Source of the DNA: Candidatus Uhrbacteria bacterium
GTDB lineage: Bacteria > Patescibacteriota > Patescibacteriia > UBA9934
Assembly (NCBI GenBank): GCA_943359525.1
Contig: CALRHV010000002.1
Coordinates: 25,040-89,039 of the forward strand
Length of the DNA stretch: 64,000 nucleotides
Reading direction: 5' to 3'
Below the pieces are notes generated by a model. That model had not been told where the DNA came from, searched no databases, and saw only the letters and a program-made list of their open reading frames with translations. A program made the translations under genes and the position numbers. How positions within the stretch are numbered: position 1 is the stretch's first letter; every line of letters begins with the position of its first letter. Of this stretch, positions 19,638 to 29,699 are shown in pieces.

Positions 19638-20762
19638 ATGGCCTTTGCTCCGCTCACTGCATTTCGGAATGGGGATGTACTGCTCATGATTGCTGCAGCG
19701 GTGTTGATTGCGTTTGGGTTTGCGGCGATTTTTTCCGTTGAGCTTTCGCGCGGTTCGGAAAATGTGTTTTTGCAGAAACAGGCGATTGCGCTCGGAATTG
19801 GTTTGGTGGCGTGTACGGTGATTGCAGCCATGAACTATCACGCTATTCGTCATTATGCGCGAGGATTTTACATTGTTGGAGCGGTGCTGTTGGTGCTGGT
19901 GCTGTTTCTTGGGCGAACGCTGAATGGATCCACGGGATGGTTTGTGCTTGGAGGATTTGCGTTTCAGCCGGTGGAGTTGATGAAAGTTGCCATGATGATG
20001 ATGCTCGCATTGTATTTTAGTGAACGAGCAAAACGACGATTCGGATGGCGCGATCTGCTCATGAGCGGAGGGTTCGTTGCGATTCCGGTTGGGCTCCTCA
20101 TGTTACAGCCAGACTTGGGTGGCGCAGCGCTTCTGGTAGGAACGTGGGCCGTTATGGTGCTTTTTGCCGGCATTCGTCCGTCGCAAGTGCTTGCCTTGCT
20201 TGGAAGTGTTGCGCTTGTTGCAGTGATTGGATGGATGTTCGTGTTCCAGCAGTATCAGAAGGATCGCATCATGACGTTCATTGACCCGTCGCTGGATCCG
20301 CTCGATACCGGATACAACGTCACGCAGGCAAAGATCGCGATTGGTTCTGGCGGGTTTTGGGGGAGGGGACTGGGCGACGGAAGCCAGAGTCAGCTTCGTT
20401 TTTTGCCAGAAAGTCAGACCGATTTCGTGTTCGCGGTGATTGCCGAGGAACTTGGATTTGTGGGGGTGCTTTTACTCTTTCTCGCCTTTATTGTGCTGTT
20501 ATGGCGCATGCTAACCATCAGTAGGATGGCGCGCGATACCTTTGGAGCGTATCTGTGCATCGGCACCTTTTCTGTTATCATTGTTGAAGTAACGGTGCAT
20601 GTTGGCGCGAATGTGTCTCTGATGCCTGCCACTGGCGTCGCGCTTCCCTTGGTAAGTTACGGTGGAAGTGCGCTTTTACTCTCGTTGGTGTTCCTTGGGC
20701 TGGTACAGTCGGTGGCCATTCGCCTCCGTCCAGGGGACCGTTTTAACGACCTTTCCTTATGA
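19638..20762 (+). CDS. rodA: SEDS peptidoglycan polymerase RodA
   Basis: FQPVELMK, QPDLG, GYN...AIGSGG, PESQTDF..EELG and LPLVSYGG motifs. Confidence 0.93.
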   Translation: MAFAPLTAFRNGDVLLMIAAAVLIAFGFAAIFSVELSRGSENVFLQKQAIALGIGLVACTVIAAMNYHAIRHYARGFYIVGAVLLVLVLFLGRTLNGSTGWFVLGGFAFQPVELMKVAMMMMLALYFSERAKRRFGWRDLLMSGGFVAIPVGLLMLQPDLGGAALLVGTWAVMVLFAGIRPSQVLALLGSVALVAVIGWMFVFQQYQKDRIMTFIDPSLDPLDTGYNVTQAKIAIGSGGFWGRGLGDGSQSQLRFLPESQTDFVFAVIAEELGFVGVLLLFLAFIVLLWRMLTISRMARDTFGAYLCIGTFSVIIVEVTVHVGANVSLMPATGVALPLVSYGGSALLLSLVFLGLVQSVAIRLRPGDRFNDLSL

Positions 20763-21064
20763 CCTCATCCGACCGAGCCTTGCTCGATCCAGTTACTCGA
20801 TGCCCTTTTTGTGCCGTTTCGTACGACGGCGAACGTTTGCGAACCTTGAAAAAGGAGGGCCGACGGGAGATGCTGCACGCAACGTGCTTACAGTGCTCTC
20901 GGGCAATGTTTTACACCATTGAGCGCTCTGAGCAGAATATTTCCTGTGTGGGGATTTTTACGGATTGCGACGCCCAAGACGCCCTGCGGTTTATGGACCG
21001 AAAGCGAATTTCGCTCGATGACGTCCTCTCGGTGCATTTGGCCCTTGGGAAAATGACGAAATGA
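20759..21064 (+). CDS. Small putative zinc-binding protein
   Basis: CPFC...CLQC plus ISLDDVLSVH; overlaps the rodA stop codon. Confidence 0.65.
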   Translation: MTSSDRALLDPVTRCPFCAVSYDGERLRTLKKEGRREMLHATCLQCSRAMFYTIERSEQNISCVGIFTDCDAQDALRFMDRKRISLDDVLSVHLALGKMTK

Positions 21065-21131
21065 CTTTTTTCAGGGTTACACACATGAAAGTTGACAAAA
21101 GCGCCAGGATTAGATGAAATGTGCGACATCT

Positions 21132-21815
21132 ATGCAGAAACACGCAACAATGAATGCCACCCTTCGCGAACTTAAGGGCCGTGCAACTGAAGCACTTCGT
21201 GCTGAAGGCACAGTACCTGCGGTCGTTTACGGCTTCGGCACCGAACCAACCAACATTCAGGTTGACCGCAACGCTTTTTTGAAAGTTCTTGCAGCCGCCG
21301 GATCGAGCACTGTCGTCGATCTCGTCGTTGGCGAAAAGTCTTTCCAGGTGCTTGTCGGCGAAGTACAGCGCAACGCGTTGAACGATTTCGTGACGCACAT
21401 CGACTTCCGTGCGGTTGATCCAAATCGCAAGATTGAAGCAAAGATTCCTTTGGTGCTTGTGGGCTTGGCTCCAGCGGTGAAGGAACTTGGTGGAACGCTC
21501 TTGCAGTCGCTCGAAGAAGTAGAAGTTATTTCTCTTCCAAACGCACTTGTTCACGAAATCAGCATCGACGTTTCAAAGCTTGCAACGTTTGACGACGTGA
21601 TTCGCGTGTCCGACATTGTCGCTCCAGAAGGTGTGGAAATCACCACCAACGCTGAAGTTGCTATCGCATCCGTTCAGCCGCCACGCTCTGAGGAAGAGCT
21701 TGCATCGTTGAACGAAGTTGTGGACACCGACGTTTCAAAGGTGGAAGTGCTCAAGGAAAAGAAGCTTACTCCAGAGGAAGAAGCGGAAGCTGCAAAGAAA
21801 ACAGAAAAGAAATAA
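21132..21815 (+). CDS. rplY: 50S ribosomal protein L25 (Ctc type)
   Basis: LR..G.VPAVVYG, HIDF and C-terminal beta domain. Confidence 0.95.
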   Translation: MQKHATMNATLRELKGRATEALRAEGTVPAVVYGFGTEPTNIQVDRNAFLKVLAAAGSSTVVDLVVGEKSFQVLVGEVQRNALNDFVTHIDFRAVDPNRKIEAKIPLVLVGLAPAVKELGGTLLQSLEEVEVISLPNALVHEISIDVSKLATFDDVIRVSDIVAPEGVEITTNAEVAIASVQPPRSEEELASLNEVVDTDVSKVEVLKEKKLTPEEEAEAAKKTEKK

Positions 21816-21870
21816 TCCCATAAAACGCCTCGTCGCAATGACGAGGCGTTTTTGGTATCATGAAATCCTT

Positions 21871-22974
21871 ATGCCGAAGAAATCGTTGAATGCATTTCGT
21901 CGTGTTCATGGTCGCGCTTTGCGATTATGGAAAAGGGAAGGTACGTCGAAAAATCTCTTCATTCTTGCTGGGGGAATTTTTGTTCTCACGGGAATTATTT
22001 CTGCGCTGATGACAATTCCAGGATCGCGATTTTATGATCGTGGCACACAGGAACGCATCGTTCCATCGACAATTTCCGCTGCTTCTCGTCATCCGCTCAC
22101 TGGCGAGATTCTCTCTGCTCCGATAGTAACGCTGCCTCAAGTATTTGGCGTGATGGTCGAGAATTCTGCAGACGCTTGGCCATTGTCTGGGCTCGACCAA
22201 GCATTCTTGGTGATCGAGGCTCCAGTTGAAGGAAATATTCCACGGTTTATCGCGTTCTTTTCTGACGATCAAGACGTTTTAAAGATTGGCCCCGTTCGAT
22301 CATCGCGACCATATTACTTGGATTGGAACGCAGAGTTTCAGGGAATCTACGGTCACGTTGGTGGCTCGCCAGAAGCGCTTGATGATATCGCGAAGAATGG
22401 CACGCTTGATCTCAATCAGTTTTTTCAGAGTGAGTATTACTATCGTGATGAATTGACGCGATACGCTCCGCATAATGTGTATACAAATACCAATCTCCTC
22501 AGAGCATCGATTGCCGAGATCGACGAGAAGTACGACGTTGGTGTTCCATCGTACGATTCATGGACGTTTACTGACGGCGTTTCGGAATCATCGACAATCG
22601 ACACGACGCATATTGTTTGGGGAAACGGATACGATATTGACTGGACATACGATCCAGCAACGAATGTGTATCATCGATTCCAAGGAGGGAATACATATAT
22701 GGCGAACAACGTCGTCGTCATCGCAACAGACATTGGAATAATCCCGGGGGACGACAAGGGCCGACGAACTGTTCGCACGATCGGCGAAGGGCCGATGATG
22801 TTGCTGAAAAATGGTGCATCGATTTCGGGTACGTGGAAGAAGGCGTCGGCAAATGATCGAATGCAGTTTTACGATGAAACAGGAAAGGAAGTTTCGATGA
22901 ACGCAGGGAGGACGTGGGTTGAGGTTATTAATAATCTTGGCAATGTCTTAACGCTGACGAAGCGCAGCAGATAG
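21871..22974 (+). CDS. DUF3048-family exported protein
   Basis: HPLTG, VMVEN, EGNIPRF, GPVRSSR, H.GGS and APHNVY motifs. Confidence 0.85.
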   Translation: MPKKSLNAFRRVHGRALRLWKREGTSKNLFILAGGIFVLTGIISALMTIPGSRFYDRGTQERIVPSTISAASRHPLTGEILSAPIVTLPQVFGVMVENSADAWPLSGLDQAFLVIEAPVEGNIPRFIAFFSDDQDVLKIGPVRSSRPYYLDWNAEFQGIYGHVGGSPEALDDIAKNGTLDLNQFFQSEYYYRDELTRYAPHNVYTNTNLLRASIAEIDEKYDVGVPSYDSWTFTDGVSESSTIDTTHIVWGNGYDIDWTYDPATNVYHRFQGGNTYMANNVVVIATDIGIIPGDDKGRRTVRTIGEGPMMLLKNGASISGTWKKASANDRMQFYDETGKEVSMNAGRTWVEVINNLGNVLTLTKRSR

Positions 22975-22982
22975 GTTGTATA

Positions 22983-24629
22983 ATGGTTCGTGAATGTATG
23001 GAGAAAAAAAGCTGGGTGAATCTGCCACCGTCGCAGCCGAAAAAGAAGGAAGTGCCACCAGCACCTCCCATATCTCGTATTGAAACGCTTGCGCGAAGCC
23101 CGAAATATTCAGAGCCGGCCCGGAGGAGTTTGCGGAAGGATTACGAGGCGTTCAAGAAAGGTGGTGAGCCAGCGGTGCAACATCAACATCGTATTGAGAC
23201 GCAATATTTCGAGAGCAGATCCCCGGAAATCGCGCGAGCGGTTGATCGCGGCGATATCGGCAGACCAATCGCGCACATGCTCCTTCGTCACTTTCCACAT
23301 CTTGTAGAGAAACAGATCAAGGAAATTGTTTCTGCATGTTTTCGTGAGCGAAAGCCAGAAGAATCCGTTGAAATATTCCGTCAGAAGCGGGCGGACGCAC
23401 GGCTGAATCTTTCTGTAGCTGGCCTTGACTCGCACACGGTTCGCGCGATTATCTCTCAATGCTCTGAGATGATGGAAGCGTATAGAATTCTCGAGCGCCG
23501 TGGTATTCGCGAAGCATCGGGGAATTGGCCAAAGCGTCACGATGGCTCTCCTCGATCAATGATGGTCAATCGTTCAAAACTCGTCAGTTTGTCTTACGAG
23601 ATTTATAAAGAAGCTCATCCAGACGTAAAGCCAGAATTCCGTAAGGAGCTCCCTATTCACCGGTATGAATATCGAGATATTGAAGGGGAAATGATTGCTA
23701 TTGCACATATTCAATATCAAAATATAGGAGAAAAAGAAGAGTTGGATTTTTTGGCGAAAAATCCAAACATGAAAATTGCATTGGAGCAAAAATCTTTTTA
23801 CCTGTCTTCTCGTAAGATGGTTTCATGTATTTTGGAAATTCCTCGAACGAAGAAGAAGATTGATTTTTTGCAGATGATCAAACAACAAGACGCACAAATT
23901 TTTGTTTATAAAGAATGTATACCTGGTGGAGGACAGAAGATTATTGGTACTCGTATTATTTTAACACCAGAGCCGGTAACGCTCATTAAACTTTCTACCT
24001 TTTTTCATGAGCTTGGTCATAACGAGCAAGAACGAGATTTAGGCTACAGAAATATTTCAGGGGCTCGTTTCGGTGCAAGATCTTTTTTTGAAAAAAATAC
24101 CTTTGCAGTTTGGGAGGCGATGGGAAATATCGCTCTCTCTACAAAGTATCCTGCACGGGATAAAATTTTTGGCATAAAGGATGCAGAAAATGCAAGGAAA
24201 GTTTTTCAAAAACAAAACGAACTCCTAATAATAAATGGCCGTACACCGATGAATATACAGAAGCTCACTTTAGAAGAAGAACGAGGAATTGATCATTTCC
24301 TCAAAATTCGCGAACCAAAAGAATGGGAAAAGATAGAAGAAATAAAAAATATTCTCGACGAAAAATTACTAAATTTTCTTGATTGGCGCACGTGTTTTAT
24401 GGAGCGCGATGCAAATTATCGGGCATTAAAGTGGATTCGAGAATTACAAAAAAAGGGCGCAGATTTCTCGGTACTTTTTCCTATTCTTGAGGAGGATTTT
24501 GGAAGCGGTATTCTTGATGATTTGGCGAGCATTTCAGAAAAACGTGGAATCACGCTTCAAGAGTATTTTCAAGCATGTTTAGGATCACATGGTGCCTCAA
24601 ATGATGAAATGAGGAATTCTCAAGAATAG
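22983..24629 (+). CDS. Hypothetical protein with HExxH (zincin-like) motif; AT-rich 3' part
   Basis: FFHELGH and downstream ERDA..RA. Confidence 0.65.
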   Translation: MVRECMEKKSWVNLPPSQPKKKEVPPAPPISRIETLARSPKYSEPARRSLRKDYEAFKKGGEPAVQHQHRIETQYFESRSPEIARAVDRGDIGRPIAHMLLRHFPHLVEKQIKEIVSACFRERKPEESVEIFRQKRADARLNLSVAGLDSHTVRAIISQCSEMMEAYRILERRGIREASGNWPKRHDGSPRSMMVNRSKLVSLSYEIYKEAHPDVKPEFRKELPIHRYEYRDIEGEMIAIAHIQYQNIGEKEELDFLAKNPNMKIALEQKSFYLSSRKMVSCILEIPRTKKKIDFLQMIKQQDAQIFVYKECIPGGGQKIIGTRIILTPEPVTLIKLSTFFHELGHNEQERDLGYRNISGARFGARSFFEKNTFAVWEAMGNIALSTKYPARDKIFGIKDAENARKVFQKQNELLIINGRTPMNIQKLTLEEERGIDHFLKIREPKEWEKIEEIKNILDEKLLNFLDWRTCFMERDANYRALKWIRELQKKGADFSVLFPILEEDFGSGILDDLASISEKRGITLQEYFQACLGSHGASNDEMRNSQE

Positions 24630-24633
24630 ATTG

Positions 24634-25527
24634 CTAAATTAGCGCATGGACGACACGTTCGCGGCTGCGCATATCTTTGATGAGTTCGATTCGGGCTTTG
24701 GGAAAATGTGTCGTAAGGAGAGACGGCGCGGTTTGGCGCTGTGACGGATCGATTTCGATGAAGAGATCGACATTGATACGCTTGCCTTTGCGCGACGTTT
24801 CGTGAAGATAGGTTCGAATTTGATTGCACAGTTCGTCGTACAGCGCCAAGCCGTCGGCGCCACCAACAAGCGCGAGCCGTGGTTCGTAGTCCTTCACGTC
24901 GGCATCGAGATCGTTCCATTGCCATGGTGTGAGATATGGAAGGTTTGCAGTGATGACGAGGTGATCGGCGATTGGTTCGAGTGCGGCGAACGGTTCGAAG
25001 AGCGATCCCTCGATGAAAACAGTGTTCGACCCCAGATTTCGCGCGTTGTGTTCCGCAACGGACTTCGTGTCGCGATCGATTTCGATGGCGAACGTTGGAC
25101 GATGGGTTTCGAGTTCGAGAGAGATTGCGATCGCACCGGATCCGGTGCCGATATCAACGATCGTTGATCGGGAATCGATGACGGCGAGCGCGGCCTCGAC
25201 CAACACTTCCGTGTCAGGCCGCGGAATCAGCACGTGTTGATTCACGAAGAAGTCGCGACCAAAGAATGCTTTGGTTTGGGTGAGATACGCAACCGGCTCG
25301 TGTCGAGCTCGGCGCGCAACCAGTCGCTGGAATGTTTCTGCAGCGTCGGACTTCACTGCTTCGTCGCCGTGCGTAAACAGATATGCGCTGTTCACGTTAA
25401 GGACATACGACAAAAGCACCTGTGCATCGAGGCGGGGATTCTGTTTTACGGAGCGCGTGACGTCGGCAGCTTTCAATATGTCGCCGGCCCATGCGAGGAT
25501 GTCGAAAATCGTCATGGCGCCGTCCAT
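24634..25527 (-). CDS. prmC: Release factor glutamine methyltransferase
   Basis: EPVAY, VLIPRPDTE, DIGTGSG, NLPY and EP..AL.GG.DGL motifs. Confidence 0.95.
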   Translation of the reverse strand: MDGAMTIFDILAWAGDILKAADVTRSVKQNPRLDAQVLLSYVLNVNSAYLFTHGDEAVKSDAAETFQRLVARRARHEPVAYLTQTKAFFGRDFFVNQHVLIPRPDTEVLVEAALAVIDSRSTIVDIGTGSGAIAISLELETHRPTFAIEIDRDTKSVAEHNARNLGSNTVFIEGSLFEPFAALEPIADHLVITANLPYLTPWQWNDLDADVKDYEPRLALVGGADGLALYDELCNQIRTYLHETSRKGKRINVDLFIEIDPSQRQTAPSLLTTHFPKARIELIKDMRSRERVVHALI

Positions 25528-25530
25528 ACA

Positions 25531-26625
25531 TTATTCGTCGTCCTCGTCAGCAGTAAGCTCGCCGAATTTTGCGTCGCGCGCGGCCATTTTGAGTGTGGTG
25601 AGAATATCGGTGATGTTGCCGTCAAGAATCGCCGGAATACCGTGCCATGATTGTTTGACGCGGTGATCCGTAATGCGATCTTGTGGGAAGTTGTATGTGC
25701 GAATCTTTTCAGAGCGCTCTGCTCCACCAATCTGACTGCGACGTTCTGCGTCGAGTGCGGCACGCTTCTTTTCTGCTTCAAAGGTAAATACGCGAGAACG
25801 CATCACGCCCATGGCGCGTTCCTTGTTTTGGCTGAAGGATCGTTCATCCTGACAGTACACGGTGATTCCGGTGGGAACGTGCACCATGCGGACAGCGCTG
25901 TATGTGGTGTTGACGGACTGTCCACCGGCGCCCTGTGATGTGGTTGCCTCGATGGTAAGATCTTTTGGATTGATGTCGAATTCTTCTTGCTCGATTTTTG
26001 GAAGGACGGCGACTGTTGCGGTGGACGTGTGAATGCGACCGGCTTTCTCGGTGCTCGGCACGCGTTGAACACGATGTACGCCACTTTCAAGTTTCATCGT
26101 TCCGTACGCGCCGTCGCCATGAATTTCAACGATCACTTCGCGGAAGCCGCCAAGGTCGTTTTGACTTTGCGAGATGATGATCGCTTTCCATCCGTTGCGT
26201 TCAGCAAAACGGGTGTACATGCGGTACAAGTCGGCGGCAAAGAGCGCCGCCTCGTCGCCGCCAGTGCCTGCGCGAATTTCCATGATGGCGTCATGGCCGT
26301 CAATCGGATCGGCGGGGATGAGCGCGAGTTCAAGGTCGAGCTCGAGCTTTGGCATTGCTGGGAGAATCTCGGCAATTTCCTGTTCAGCCATCTGGCGAAT
26401 CTCCGGATCCGAGTCGTTCGCTGTTGCCTGCGCTTCGGCAAGATTGCGTGCAGCAATCTCGTACGTAGCGGCGATGTCGAGGATTCGTGTGATCTGCTGG
26501 TACTGTGCATTTACTTCACGAAGTTTTTTGGGATTCCCAAGCGTGGCTGCGCTCATGAGCTCAGCTTCGATAGTTTCCTTTTCTGCGCGTTTATCCGCGA
26601 TAACTTTTTCAAATTCGAGTGCCAT
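25531..26625 (-). CDS. prfA: Peptide chain release factor 1
   Basis: GTGGDEA, RVPST (PxT), GAGGQ and RTYNFPQ motifs. Confidence 0.97.
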   Translation of the reverse strand: MALEFEKVIADKRAEKETIEAELMSAATLGNPKKLREVNAQYQQITRILDIAATYEIAARNLAEAQATANDSDPEIRQMAEQEIAEILPAMPKLELDLELALIPADPIDGHDAIMEIRAGTGGDEAALFAADLYRMYTRFAERNGWKAIIISQSQNDLGGFREVIVEIHGDGAYGTMKLESGVHRVQRVPSTEKAGRIHTSTATVAVLPKIEQEEFDINPKDLTIEATTSQGAGGQSVNTTYSAVRMVHVPTGITVYCQDERSFSQNKERAMGVMRSRVFTFEAEKKRAALDAERRSQIGGAERSEKIRTYNFPQDRITDHRVKQSWHGIPAILDGNITDILTTLKMAARDAKFGELTADEDDE

Positions 26626-26682
26626 AGAATGAGTATAAATGAAAACACTCCGCCTTGCGACGAAGTGTCTTCAAAACCGAAC

Positions 26683-26994
26683 TTAACGAGAGACGGACTT
26701 GATCGAGGTGTCGGAATTTGCTTTCTTTGCAGCCTTTGCGGTTGCGCGAGCAGCACGTTCTGCGGCCTTGTCCTTTGCGGTCTTGACGGTTGTTGCCTTC
26801 TTTCCGTCCTTCGCGGTGAACTTTTCCACACGACGTGCGGTATCCAAGATTTTCTGCTTACCCGTAAAGAATGGGTGGCACGCGCTGCACAATTCGATGT
26901 CGATCTTTTCCAAGCTCGAACCAATCTTGTACACCGCACTGCATGCACAGGTAATCGTCGAATCGAAGTATTTTGGGTGGATTGTCGCCTTCAT
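26683..26994 (-). CDS. rpmE: 50S ribosomal protein L31 (Zn-binding type)
   Basis: MKATIHPKY, CAC and CSACHPFFTG motifs. Confidence 0.96.
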   Translation of the reverse strand: MKATIHPKYFDSTITCACSAVYKIGSSLEKIDIELCSACHPFFTGKQKILDTARRVEKFTAKDGKKATTVKTAKDKAAERAARATAKAAKKANSDTSIKSVSR

Positions 26995-27072
26995 AAAGAG
27001 AGGTTGAGGCTGCTTTGCATACAGCCGATTAAGTAGCAAAATGATAGCTGCTGAAGGGTTTTTTGTCAAAGG

Positions 27073-27189
27073 TTAGCGGTAGATGTCGTGAGTGCCAATG
27101 TCGATAAACTCAACATCAACGAGATTGGCTGGAAGTTTTTGCAATGAACGAAGAAAATGAGGCGTAAAGAAAATCTTAAGGATTTTCAT
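27073..27189 (-). pseudogene. Internally deleted RelE/YafQ-like toxin (38 aa)
   Basis: MKILKIFFTPHFLRSLQKLP...VEFIDIGTHDIYR keeps the N- and C-terminal toxin motifs but lacks the core; starts 2 nt after the antitoxin stop. Confidence 0.7.
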
Positions 27190-27191
27190 AT

Positions 27192-27422
27192 TTAGCCCTT
27201 GATGAGGTCGGCGAGAGATCCAGTTAATTCAATCATTTTCCCTTCTTTTTTTGCTTTTTTATAGTCAGCCATCGCCGTTGCGTAATCAGCTTCCTCTATT
27301 GCGTTTCGAAGAAGACTCCGATGAAGTTCCGAGCGAGTCATGTGTTTGCTTTCTGCAAGGCGATCGGCTGCTATCGCGAGGGAAGGAGGGAGGGAGATAG
27401 TGAATGTTGATGTTGTTCGCAT
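27192..27422 (-). CDS. Ribbon-helix-helix (CopG-like) antitoxin
   Basis: TISLP...D.LA.....TRSEL.R pattern. Confidence 0.8.
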   Translation of the reverse strand: MRTTSTFTISLPPSLAIAADRLAESKHMTRSELHRSLLRNAIEEADYATAMADYKKAKKEGKMIELTGSLADLIKG

Positions 27423-27486
27423 AGTATGGATATTACTTAGTATGACTATATCATATTCAGAAACAACGGCAACAGGGATAAAACGA

Positions 27487-27741
27487 TCAACGCCGCCTCA
27501 CCTTTCGGGGAGACGGCGCTGCGTTCGACGTCCTGCGTTCAGGATGTCGGTTCTGGCTCCTCTCGCGTGGGGCGGAGGAGATGGAGCCCACGTACTGGAC
27601 GCCGGTCGCGGAGATCATGCCCCAGAGCACCAGGAGCCAGGGCATTTCGAAGGTCGGGAACTTGGTCATGACCATTCCCCCGATCGCGACGCCGCTCATG
27701 GTGCTCAGCACGATGGAGATTACCGTTCCCACGAAGAGCAT
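27487..27741 (-). CDS. Small two-TM protein with basic tail
   Basis: Two hydrophobic segments and an Arg-rich C-terminus; upstream TTGCGG-17-TAGTAT promoter. Confidence 0.5.
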   Translation of the reverse strand: MLFVGTVISIVLSTMSGVAIGGMVMTKFPTFEMPWLLVLWGMISATGVQYVGSISSAPRERSQNRHPERRTSNAAPSPRKVRRR

Positions 27742-27855
27742 GAGGCACCTTGATGGTAACCCAATACTAGCACTTTTCTTGCTTTTCCGCAAGGATTAGC
27801 CTAATATTTAGCCAAATTCCCCAAGATCGCTTCGTTGCACTCGCAATGACTGACT

Positions 27856-28854
27856 ATGCTAACGCCTGTTGCCGATTTTTCGTACGATTTGCCGGAGGAA
27901 CTGATCGCGCAGATTCCCATCGAGCCGCGGGATGCCTCGAGGTTTTTGGTGCTCGATCGAAATTCTGGCGAGATTCGTCATCGCGATCGATTTTCCGAAA
28001 TCATCGATGAGCTGAACGCTGGCGATGTGCTCGTCTTTAATGTCTCAAAGGTTTTTAAAGCGCGCTTACAGATCGATGGCTTTGAGGTTTTCGTTCTCAA
28101 AGTTCGCGACGGGGAGATCGACGCTCTGGTGAAGCCTGGGCGAAAGGCGGGAATCGGTTTCCGCATCGGCGACCTCGAGGTCGTCTCAAAGACGGAAGAC
28201 GGGATCGTAACACTGAAATCCTCGATGACGGTGCCTGAGATGTTCGCGTTCTGCGAATCTGCCGGATCGGTGCCAACGCCACCATACGTCACGGCCGAGC
28301 TTGCTGATCCGGATCGTTACCAAACCGTTTACGCGAAATCGATCGGATCAGTCGCTGCGCCAACCGCCGGGCTTCACTTCACTCCTGAACTCATCGATCG
28401 AGCACGGTCGAAGGGCGTGCAGATCGAAGAAGTGACGCTTCACGTGGGAATCGGAACCTTCCGCCCGGTACAAACCGATCACATCGAGGATCACGTGATG
28501 CACGCCGAGTTTGTGGAGATTGATGCATTGACTGCGCAGAGGATTCGATCGGCGAAAAACGAGTGTCGGCGAGTCATCGCAGTCGGCACCACCACGGTTC
28601 GTGTGCTTGAGGGGGTTGTCGCCACGATCGGAGAGCTTGCAGAATATCGAGGAGAGTTGAACGTTTTTATTACTCCAGGATTCCGATTCCAAATTGTCGA
28701 CGGACTTGTTACGAATTTTCATCTTCCAAAATCGACTCTCTTGATGCTTGTTTCCGCGTTCGCCGGTCGCGATCATGTTCTTACCGCCTATCAAGAAGCT
28801 ATCGTTCAGAAATATCGCTTCTTCTCCTTTGGCGACGCGATGTTTATCCGCTAA
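27856..28854 (+). CDS. queA: SAM:tRNA ribosyltransferase-isomerase
   Basis: LPEELIAQ, YQTVYA, AAPTAGLHF, LHVG.GTF.PV, TNFHLP and YRFFSFGDAM motifs. Confidence 0.97.
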   Translation: MLTPVADFSYDLPEELIAQIPIEPRDASRFLVLDRNSGEIRHRDRFSEIIDELNAGDVLVFNVSKVFKARLQIDGFEVFVLKVRDGEIDALVKPGRKAGIGFRIGDLEVVSKTEDGIVTLKSSMTVPEMFAFCESAGSVPTPPYVTAELADPDRYQTVYAKSIGSVAAPTAGLHFTPELIDRARSKGVQIEEVTLHVGIGTFRPVQTDHIEDHVMHAEFVEIDALTAQRIRSAKNECRRVIAVGTTTVRVLEGVVATIGELAEYRGELNVFITPGFRFQIVDGLVTNFHLPKSTLLMLVSAFAGRDHVLTAYQEAIVQKYRFFSFGDAMFIR

Positions 28855-28903
28855 TTCTTGCGGTTTCTGTAAAAATCTGTAAGAATTTTCGTGGAGGCGC
28901 GGC

Positions 28904-29353
28904 ATGGTCAGTCGACAAAGAAATAGTATTCTTTTCTTTCTCCAGGATGACGGTCTTCGGGAAATGCTTTTGGAGTCAGCACGGACGGAGGGCTGGAATG
29001 CCTTTGGCGCTGCGGACAGTCACAATGCGTTTCAACTGTTCGGAACGATCGGCGAGAGTCTGGCGCTCGTGGTCACCGACGACATGACCGGTCCAGACGA
29101 GGGCAGGAATCGGGGTATGAGGATGGGTGTCGAATTTCTGCAGCAACGGAATGCACACTTGTTTGTCGCGAATATTCCCTTCGTGCTTCTCATGTTTACT
29201 CACCGAAGGAACATTGAGGATTGGGCGAACAGTGTAGGCGGTTGGACGGTGGTGATGCCGTCTCGAGTCGGCGTGCTCCTTGAGCTTTTTCGTCAGCTCG
29301 AGCGCGACCATCAGCTTCCGCTAAAACCGCGATCTCGGTCGGGCGAACTGTGA
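28904..29353 (+). CDS. Atypical stand-alone receiver (CheY-like) domain protein
   Basis: ILFFLQDD, LVVTD..., G.EFL and IPFVLL pattern; conserved Lys apparently absent. Confidence 0.55.
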   Translation: MVSRQRNSILFFLQDDGLREMLLESARTEGWNAFGAADSHNAFQLFGTIGESLALVVTDDMTGPDEGRNRGMRMGVEFLQQRNAHLFVANIPFVLLMFTHRRNIEDWANSVGGWTVVMPSRVGVLLELFRQLERDHQLPLKPRSRSGEL

Positions 29354-29406
29354 GATACGCTCAGGCAACGGGGCCGCCGGGAACGATTCTCGGCGGTCTT
29401 CGCTTT

Positions 29407-29531
29407 AAAAACCGTTCTATTTGGTCAATTTTCGACTTCCTTCATCACAAATTTCCTCAACGTACCAAGAAGTACGTCTCGGAAAATTTGTTCGAAGCGC
29501 ATCGAAACTTGCCGCAAATATAACAGTTTTT
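29407..29531. repeat. 125-bp hairpin element, family E copy 2
   Basis: AAAAACCGTT...AACAGTTTTT terminal repeat with core CAACGTACCAAGAAGTACGTCTC. Confidence 0.75.
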
Positions 29532-29594
29532 GTGAGATCGAATTTGCCATATTTCGCAAACTTTAGTACTATTTTGCCGTCTTCTGCGGGCACT

Positions 29595-29690
29595 TATTCA
29601 CGCAAAATCTCACAGGTTGCTGATACATCATCGATTGGATTCCTCCCTTCGCAGAAAAGGGCTCCACGATACAGCAGCTGAGGTTAAAAA
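29595..29690 (+). ncRNA. rpsB 5' leader (t44/tff-like S2 autoregulatory element)
   Basis: CACTTATTCACGCA...CTCA...TGAGG structured leader immediately upstream of rpsB. Confidence 0.5.
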
Positions 29691-29699
29691 GGATTCACT

